This document shows, one piece after another, positions 57,888 to 64,000 of a DNA stretch of 64,000 bases (position 1 is the first letter of the stretch; each line of letters starts with the position of its first letter). The position numbers and the translations under genes were made by a program. The stretch comes from Candidatus Thalassarchaeum betae (lineage in GTDB: Archaea > Thermoplasmatota > Poseidoniia > Poseidoniales > Thalassarchaeaceae). Below the pieces are notes generated by a model, which was given only the letters and a program-made list of their open reading frames with translations, did no database searches and was not told the origin of the DNA. The DNA is taken from NCBI GenBank assembly GCA_003193925.1, contig PSPG01000006.1, positions 33,095 to 97,094 of the forward strand. The letters are read 5' to 3'.

Positions 57888-58847
57888 ATGAGCGAGTTGT
57901 GGGTCGAACGCCATCGTCCGCGCACCGTGGGCGACATCAAGGGCCAGCGGGCGGTGGTCGACCGGCTCAAGGCGTACGCCGAGATGCGCACCTTCCCGCA
58001 CCTGCTGTTCGCCGGCCCAGCGGGCACTGGCAAGACCACAGCGGCCCTCGCTCTGGCCCGCGACATCTTCGGCGATGAGGACTACAGGACCAGCCTGCTG
58101 GAGATGAACGCCAGCGACGAGAGGAAACTCGAGTCGATCCGCACCAAGGTCAAGCAGTTCGCCAGAACCGCCCCGGTCCCGGGTACCACTTTCAAGATCA
58201 TCTTCCTCGACGAGGCTGACGCCCTCACCCCAGACGCACAGGGGGCGCTGCGCCGCATCATGGAGCAGAACTCCGAGACCTGCAGGTTCATCCTCACGTG
58301 CAACTACTCGTCGAAGATCATCGAGCCGATCCAGTCGCGCTGCGCGGTCTTCCGCTTCCGGCCTCTGGCCGATGACCAGGCCCTCGAGATGATCCAGTCG
58401 GTGGCCGCCGCCGAGGGCATCAACCTCGACGCCGAGGCCGCCGATGCCATCGTCCACGTCAGCCTGGGCGATTTGCGCAAGGCGATTACCTCGCTGCAGG
58501 TGGCAGCCTCGCTCGATGCCAACGTGACCCGTGAACTGGTCTACGAGACCACCGCCACCGCACCCCCGGAGGAGCTGCACGGATTCATCCTCGCCTGCAA
58601 GGAGGACGGCTTCCAGCCGGCTCGCCGCAGGCTGAAGGAGCTGCTCGACAGGTTCGGGCTGGCCGGCACCGACCTCGTCAACCAGATGCACCGCGAGCTC
58701 GGCTCTGTGGCCTTCCTCGACGAGGCCCAGAAACTGGCGGTGACCGAGACGATGGCAGAGTGCGACTTCCGCATGGTCGAGGGCGGCGGCGAGGCCCTGC
58801 AGCTAGATGCGATGACAGCGAGGCTCTGCTCGCTCATCGGCAACTAG
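57888..58847 (+). CDS. rfcS: Replication factor C small subunit
   Basis: WVERHRP, GPAGTGKTT, NASDER, LDEAD, QSRC; no intein. Confidence 0.96.
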   Translation: MSELWVERHRPRTVGDIKGQRAVVDRLKAYAEMRTFPHLLFAGPAGTGKTTAALALARDIFGDEDYRTSLLEMNASDERKLESIRTKVKQFARTAPVPGTTFKIIFLDEADALTPDAQGALRRIMEQNSETCRFILTCNYSSKIIEPIQSRCAVFRFRPLADDQALEMIQSVAAAEGINLDAEAADAIVHVSLGDLRKAITSLQVAASLDANVTRELVYETTATAPPEELHGFILACKEDGFQPARRRLKELLDRFGLAGTDLVNQMHRELGSVAFLDEAQKLAVTETMAECDFRMVEGGGEALQLDAMTARLCSLIGN

Positions 58848-59782
58848 GCGACCTGGGTGATGACGAGCCTGTAGTTCGCAGTCCAGACGTTCTGCTCCCA
58901 TGGGTCGCCGACCTCGCTCAGCGTGACCCTGACCTCGTACTCGCCCGGGCCGAGCTCGCCGAGGTCCCAGGCGAGCCCGATGTCCTCCGAGCGAGGCGCG
59001 ATCTTGGGTCCCATCTGAGCGCTGGTGAGGGTGTTCTTCGCATACCCGCGGGTCCAATTCCCATCTACTGCGCTGTAGTCGGCCAGGGCATCAGTCAGAC
59101 TCCCCACGACCGCGCTGCCGTCGGTCAGGTCTCCAATGACCGATCCTTCGGAGTCCTTGAGCAACTCCCCGTGATACCACACGCTAGCCACTATGGTAGC
59201 GTTCTCGGCATCGACGTTGTCACGCACGGCCATCCCGAGCACGATCTCCACAGTGTCCTGGTTCAGTCCCACAGTGTAGGTGCCCTTGCTCCACGAGGCG
59301 CTCTCGACGCCATCGGTGGCCTCGATGTCGAGGCCGCTTGCTATGGCTGGAGCGGCGATGTCGCCCATAGGCGGGTTGACGAGCATGAAGGAGAGCGCGA
59401 GCCAGGTGAAGACGTACAGGAAGCAGGCTCGGAACCAGTTGCTGAAGGTGAACAGGTCGTAGTACTTGCTGGGCATCAGGACCTTGTGCAGGGGGGGCAC
59501 GGTGACCGCGAGCAGCACGGGCAGCAGCCACAGCACCCTCTCGGGCTCGGTGAGCGTGGGCATGAACGAGTAGCGCATGAAGACGCAGACGGCCAGTCCG
59601 TAGACGATGACGAGCCACATAGAGTAGGCCTCGGCCTTCTCCTTGAGGGCGTGCTCGGCCGGGTTGAACGGCTCGATCAATCGGCTCTCCTTCTCCTTCT
59701 GCTTGTCGTCATCGCTTTTCTTGCTGCGCCGCTTGCCACCGGAGTAGGCGCTCGTGCGCATCGCGCTGTCGACATCGACCAT
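58844..59782 (-). CDS. Hypothetical membrane protein with extracellular beta-rich domain
   Basis: Three TM segments, then NPP.GDIAAP and a beta-rich C-terminus. Confidence 0.7.
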   Translation of the reverse strand: MVDVDSAMRTSAYSGGKRRSKKSDDDKQKEKESRLIEPFNPAEHALKEKAEAYSMWLVIVYGLAVCVFMRYSFMPTLTEPERVLWLLPVLLAVTVPPLHKVLMPSKYYDLFTFSNWFRACFLYVFTWLALSFMLVNPPMGDIAAPAIASGLDIEATDGVESASWSKGTYTVGLNQDTVEIVLGMAVRDNVDAENATIVASVWYHGELLKDSEGSVIGDLTDGSAVVGSLTDALADYSAVDGNWTRGYAKNTLTSAQMGPKIAPRSEDIGLAWDLGELGPGEYEVRVTLSEVGDPWEQNVWTANYRLVITQVA

Positions 59783-59902
59783 GGAATCCAGTCATCGGCG
59801 GGAGCGCGGCGCAAATCAACCCTGCGCGTGCTCACTGTGGTACGTCTGCGACATTTCCGCGGTACGAACGCTCAAATGGTCACCGGTGGTCGAAGGTGCA
59901 TT

Positions 59903-60055
59903 GCCGAGGTGGCGTAGTTGGTAGCGCGTCGGACTCATAGGGTAACATTCAGCGGGGACTCGCTCCCTGCAGATGCATCGATGAGCGCAACAGCCTAACT
60001 GAAGATTGTCTGAGACATCCGAAGGTCGAGGGTTCAAGTCCCTCTCTCGGCACCA
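59903..60055 (+). tRNA. Elongator tRNA-Met(CAT) with 77-nt intron (59940-60016)
   Basis: GCCGAGG/TCTCGGC acceptor stem; BHB with CTCA/TGAG helix and TAG/ACA bulges at 37/38; CCA encoded. Confidence 0.9.
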
Positions 60056-60062
60056 AATTATC

Positions 60063-60371
60063 CTAAGTGCCAATCAATTGGTAATCATCACTCAGCGGAG
60101 TGGCTCCCGTCTCGGTCAGGATGAGTTTCCCGTCCTCGAAGCGATTGAAGGTCAATACGGCCTCTGAGGTCGAGCCGTTGGCGAAGTGTGCGATTCCGTG
60201 CTCGATGCCGATCTCGTCATTCTCGAACAGGATGCGATGGTTCTCCATGGTCACGCCACCACTGCCTGCGATGGCGATGAAGTCGCTCTTGCCCATCACC
60301 ATTCCACCAACGTGTGGGATGAACCGGTAGTCCTCATGGACCAGGGGCTCCAGTGCTGCCTTGTGGTCCAT
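60063..60371 (-). CDS. Small SnoaL/NTF2-like protein
   Basis: LVHEDYRF..RILFENDE..DGKLI..ETGAT pattern. Confidence 0.6.
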   Translation of the reverse strand: MDHKAALEPLVHEDYRFIPHVGGMVMGKSDFIAIAGSGGVTMENHRILFENDEIGIEHGIAHFANGSTSEAVLTFNRFEDGKLILTETGATPLSDDYQLIGT

Positions 60372-60489
60372 GGCCGATGAGTGGAGAGGGGGGGCATAAA
60401 CCCCGTGTCCGATTCGAGCATTCCTACTCAGCGTCAAGTTCCACGCCAAAGGCGTGTGATTCATTGAGTAGTGGGCCGACGCACCGGCC

Positions 60490-61836
60490 ATGGTGGATTG
60501 GCCGGACCCGGGAACCCCGGTGAAGTTGACCGTCAAGACCTGGTCGGGCTTGGCCGAGCACCTCGGCCTCGCACTGCCGCCCGCCGGTCCGAAACTGGTG
60601 ACCATGAAACTGGCCAACGGCTACAACATCTCGTTCCCCCACTCCTACGTCGAATCGGTCGAGGAGATCGACGAGGTCCCTACTACCGAGGAGGAGCCCG
60701 AGCCTGAGATTGAGCAGGACGACTCGCTGCCCCTCGTGCACCTGATCCACACCGGCGGCACCATCGCCAGCAAGGTCGACTACAGGACCGGTGCGGTCAG
60801 TGCGAGGTTCACCCCCAATGAGCTGCTGGACGCGGTGCCCGAGCTGCTCAGCGTCGCCCGCATCCGCGCTGTCAACCTCGGCAGCATGTGGTCCGACGAC
60901 ATGCGCCCGCGCCACTGGAACAGGATGCTGCAGGCCACCAGCGAGGCGTTTGCCGAGGGCGCTGTTGGGGTGGTCATCACCCACGGCACCGACACCCTGC
61001 ACATCTCCGCGGCAGCGATGTCCTACGGCTGGGCCGGGCGGGGCGGCAGGCCGCCGGGAAGGATCGTGCTGACCGGCTCGCAGCGCTCGCCCGACAGGGG
61101 CTCCTCGGATGCCGCCGAGAACCTGATCGCAGCCGTCCACTGGGCGGCCAACGGGCCCGAGCCCACCGGCTACCGCGACTCCTCTGTGGTCATCCTGCAC
61201 GCCGGCTCATCGGACGGCAGCTGCTCCGTTCTGCCAGGATGCGCGACCCGCAAGTACCACTCGTCGAGGAGGGACGCGTTCAAGCCGATCAACCAGGAAC
61301 CGCTCGCCCACGTCAAGCTCGGCCCGGACGGGCCCTCCATAGAGATGGGCGATGCTGTGGCCTTCGACGCGAGGCCCGAGGCCATCGCCCCTATGATGTT
61401 CGACGAGTCGACCCGAATCGCCCAGTTCATCGCCGACGCCCACCTGCAGCCCGACATCGTCGAGGCGGCCATCGACGCTGACTACGACGCCCTGCTGTTC
61501 CACGGCACCGGACTGGGACACCTGCCGATAGCCGACCCGCAGAACGACAGCCCGGAGAACACCCGACTGCGAATCATGCTGGCCGACCACTGCGCCGCAG
61601 GCGGCGTCGTGGTCGTTGTTACTCAGGCCATCCACGGCCCGGTCCACATGGACGTCTACGACAAGGGCCGCGACCAGCAGGAGATGGGCATCATCGGGCA
61701 CGGCTCGCTGTGCCCGCCGTCCTCAGCGCTGGTCAAGCTGCACCACCTGCTCTCGAGGGACGAGGGAAGGGGCGCAGTCGGGGAGGGTTGGGAGCAGGAT
61801 CTGCTCGGCGAGAACCCGCCCGACGCCCTGTCCTGA
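60490..61836 (+). CDS. gatD: Glu-tRNA(Gln) amidotransferase subunit D
   Basis: KLANGYNI, TGGTIASKVDYRTGAV, HGTDT, GSQRSPDRGSSD, HSSRRDAF. Confidence 0.95.
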   Translation: MVDWPDPGTPVKLTVKTWSGLAEHLGLALPPAGPKLVTMKLANGYNISFPHSYVESVEEIDEVPTTEEEPEPEIEQDDSLPLVHLIHTGGTIASKVDYRTGAVSARFTPNELLDAVPELLSVARIRAVNLGSMWSDDMRPRHWNRMLQATSEAFAEGAVGVVITHGTDTLHISAAAMSYGWAGRGGRPPGRIVLTGSQRSPDRGSSDAAENLIAAVHWAANGPEPTGYRDSSVVILHAGSSDGSCSVLPGCATRKYHSSRRDAFKPINQEPLAHVKLGPDGPSIEMGDAVAFDARPEAIAPMMFDESTRIAQFIADAHLQPDIVEAAIDADYDALLFHGTGLGHLPIADPQNDSPENTRLRIMLADHCAAGGVVVVVTQAIHGPVHMDVYDKGRDQQEMGIIGHGSLCPPSSALVKLHHLLSRDEGRGAVGEGWEQDLLGENPPDALS

Positions 61837-61884
61837 GGATTCTTGGCCGTCTTGCTGATGAACCGGCTTGCACTTGGCTGAGCC

Positions 61885-63435
61885 ATGCCGGGCTCCACGC
61901 GCAGCGACGAACTCGACGCCCTGAGGCAGGATGCGCAGAGCCCGGGCGACAGGGCCAGCCTCAGGGAGCTGCGCAAGTCGGGCCGCCAGACGGCCCGCGA
62001 GCGCATCAACTCGCTGCTGGACCCCGACTCCTTCGTCGAGGTAGACGCATTCGTCCAGCACCGCGCCAGCGAGCACAACATGCACCTCCACCGACCCCTG
62101 GGAGACGGCGTGGTCGCAGGCCACGGCATGCTCGACGGCAGGCGGGTGGTGTGCTTCGCCCAGGACTACTCGGTGTTCGCCGGGACGATGGGGGAGATGC
62201 ACGCGAGGAAGATAGTCAAGGTCGCCGAGTTCGCCGAGAAGTCGCAACTGCCGATGATAGGGATCTGGGACGGCGACGGCCAGCGCGTCGAGGAGGGAGT
62301 CACGTCCTTGGGCGCGACGGGCAACCTGCTTGACATCATGGTGGCGTGCTCGGGCAGAATCCCCGTCATCTCAATCATACTGGGCACCGTATCGGGCGTC
62401 AGCGCCCTTGCCGCGGGCCTGTCCGACTTCGTGATTCTGGGGGCCGAGCACGGTCAGATGTTCATGCGCAGCCCGTACATGATCCCAGAGATAGTCGAGG
62501 GCGAGTTGGACGAGGCGAGCCTCGGCGGAGCCGAGCAGCACGCCAGTCGAAGCGGCATCGCGTGCCTGGTGGCCGAGGATGAGGGCGACGCCATCGACAT
62601 AGCCGCGGAGATCCTCTCCTACCTGCCTGACCACACCCTGGCCGAGCCCGTCAAGGTGCCCAGCGGTGACAAGTGGGACAGGAAGTGCAAGGGACTCGCC
62701 AAGACGGTGCCATCGGACTCCAACCTGCCCTACGACATGCGTGAGGTGATCGCCGAGGTGGTCGACGAGGGCAGGTTCCTCGAGCTGTTCCCGGGATACG
62801 CCGAGAACATCGTCATCGGCTTCGCCCGCCTCGATGGCCAGTCGGTCGGGATCGTCGGCAACCAGCCCAAGGTCCTAGCAGGCTGTCTGGACATCGATGC
62901 CTCGGTCAAGGCCGCCCGCTTCATCCGCACCTGTGACGTGTTCAACGTGCCAGTCGTCACCTTCGTCGACGTGCCTGGCTTCCTGCCCGGGACGGTGCAG
63001 GAGTGGGGAGGCATCATCCGGCATGGGGCCAAGCTGCTGTTCGCCTACGCCGAGGCCACCGTGCCGAAGCTGGCGGTGGTCACCCGCAAGGCCTACGGGG
63101 GAGCCTACCTGGCGATGAGCTGCAAGCACCTCGGCACGGACTACAACGTCGCTTGGCCGGCAAGCGAACTCGCCGTCATGGGGGCTGATGGGGCGGTGAA
63201 CATCATCCACAGGAAGGAGCTCTCCGAGGCCGAGGACCGCGAGTCGGTGCACGGCGAGTTGGTTGAGGAGTACCAGCGCAAGTTCGGCGACCCCTACGCG
63301 GCCGCCCGCAGCGGCTGGCTGGACGACGTGATCGAGCCCGCCGAGACCCGCAAGAAGCTGATCCAGGCGCTGCGTCCGCTGATGAGCAAGCGAGAGTGGG
63401 TGCCGCCGAAGAAGCACGGAAACATTCCTCTGTGA
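61885..63435 (+). CDS. pccB: Acyl-CoA carboxylase carboxyltransferase beta subunit
   Basis: TARERI, GDGVV, GNQP, DVPGFLPG, RKAYGGAY, KKHGNIPL. Confidence 0.93.
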   Translation: MPGSTRSDELDALRQDAQSPGDRASLRELRKSGRQTARERINSLLDPDSFVEVDAFVQHRASEHNMHLHRPLGDGVVAGHGMLDGRRVVCFAQDYSVFAGTMGEMHARKIVKVAEFAEKSQLPMIGIWDGDGQRVEEGVTSLGATGNLLDIMVACSGRIPVISIILGTVSGVSALAAGLSDFVILGAEHGQMFMRSPYMIPEIVEGELDEASLGGAEQHASRSGIACLVAEDEGDAIDIAAEILSYLPDHTLAEPVKVPSGDKWDRKCKGLAKTVPSDSNLPYDMREVIAEVVDEGRFLELFPGYAENIVIGFARLDGQSVGIVGNQPKVLAGCLDIDASVKAARFIRTCDVFNVPVVTFVDVPGFLPGTVQEWGGIIRHGAKLLFAYAEATVPKLAVVTRKAYGGAYLAMSCKHLGTDYNVAWPASELAVMGADGAVNIIHRKELSEAEDRESVHGELVEEYQRKFGDPYAAARSGWLDDVIEPAETRKKLIQALRPLMSKREWVPPKKHGNIPL

Positions 63436-63479
63436 GGAGTGTGGGAAAGCCTCAAACGCCCCCATTTGACCCCCGAATC

Positions 63480-64000
63480 ATGAGCAACAGGCTTCTCTCT
63501 GCCGCAATCTGCTTACTAATGCTGACTTCGATGGCCCCCACAGTCACCGCTGTAGGACCCCCCGACTCCGTGATTTGGGGAATTTCGTATGACTGGACGA
63601 ACTATGAGAACGACATCGAGGAAATGACAGGAATAGACACCAATGCCGTCAACGAGGACCTCGAGGCAGCCGCTGATTACGCGGGCTTCTTGCTGGAGAG
63701 CGATCAGGTCGTGAGCGGCATGACTGAATTCTTCATCGAGTCCTGGGACGATGACGAGCCAGTCGAGATTACCGACGCCAGTGGCGTCACCCACGAGGTC
63801 ACCAAGAGGATGACGGAACTGACAGTCCGGCACGGCATCCTCGGAGACATGGGCTTCACTGCTGCTTGGACCGATGAGAATGAGAGCATCGACATCTGGA
63901 TGAGCGCCTCTATGGAAGAGTTGTTCGTGATTGATGCGGCGTACATCGAGTATGTCGACGAGGATCTCATGGTCTATGGCGGCGACTTGGAGATGAGCGG
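63480..64000 (+). CDS. Acidic secreted/surface protein (3'-truncated, absent from ORF track)
   Basis: MSNRLLSAAICLLMLTSMAPTVTA signal peptide, open frame to window end, CTCAAA box 29 nt upstream. Confidence 0.75.
   Translation, partial: MSNRLLSAAICLLMLTSMAPTVTAVGPPDSVIWGISYDWTNYENDIEEMTGIDTNAVNEDLEAAADYAGFLLESDQVVSGMTEFFIESWDDDEPVEITDASGVTHEVTKRMTELTVRHGILGDMGFTAAWTDENESIDIWMSASMEELFVIDAAYIEYVDEDLMVYGGDLEMS

Noticed and set aside
60056-60420. Integrated element at tRNA-Met
   Set aside because: Only one small gene; no integrase or att direct repeat seen.
1-64000. CRISPR arrays, transposases, prophage, defence systems, rRNA genes
   Set aside because: No repeat-spacer arrays or recognisable motifs found; the many long antisense ORFs (e.g. 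51916-52986, 58760-59917, 35668-36732) are GC-rich shadows of real genes.

Overview
GC-rich, gene-dense archaeal DNA. Cdc6/Orc1, PCNA, TFS, Nop5, fibrillarin, RFC-S, GatD, Bud32 and a BHB-intron tRNA, mixed with many bacterial-type catabolic genes, suggest Marine Group II (Poseidoniales)-like Thermoplasmata; this assignment is an inference. The window holds about 65 CDS and 4 tRNAs, with no CRISPR array or mobile element. Highlights: (1) a four-hairpin, K-turn-bearing H/ACA guide RNA at 21135-21406, not explained by any ORF, one pocket of which matches 23S helix 69 U1915; (2) a recurring non-canonical TT(G/C)AA(G) box 28-31 nt upstream of start codons, together with a highly diverged TBP-fold gene at 32454-32981; (3) aerobic aromatic-catabolism modules (BoxB/BoxC-like, and 2-aminophenol dioxygenase AmnBA plus RidA); (4) unusual fusions and imports (APC permease with EF-hands, glycine-zipper RidA, divergent IcmF, SMUG1, Fpg, GlpX plus eukaryote-type aldolase). 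Some start codons were adjusted by hand from the ORF track. All family calls come from motif recognition, not database searches.
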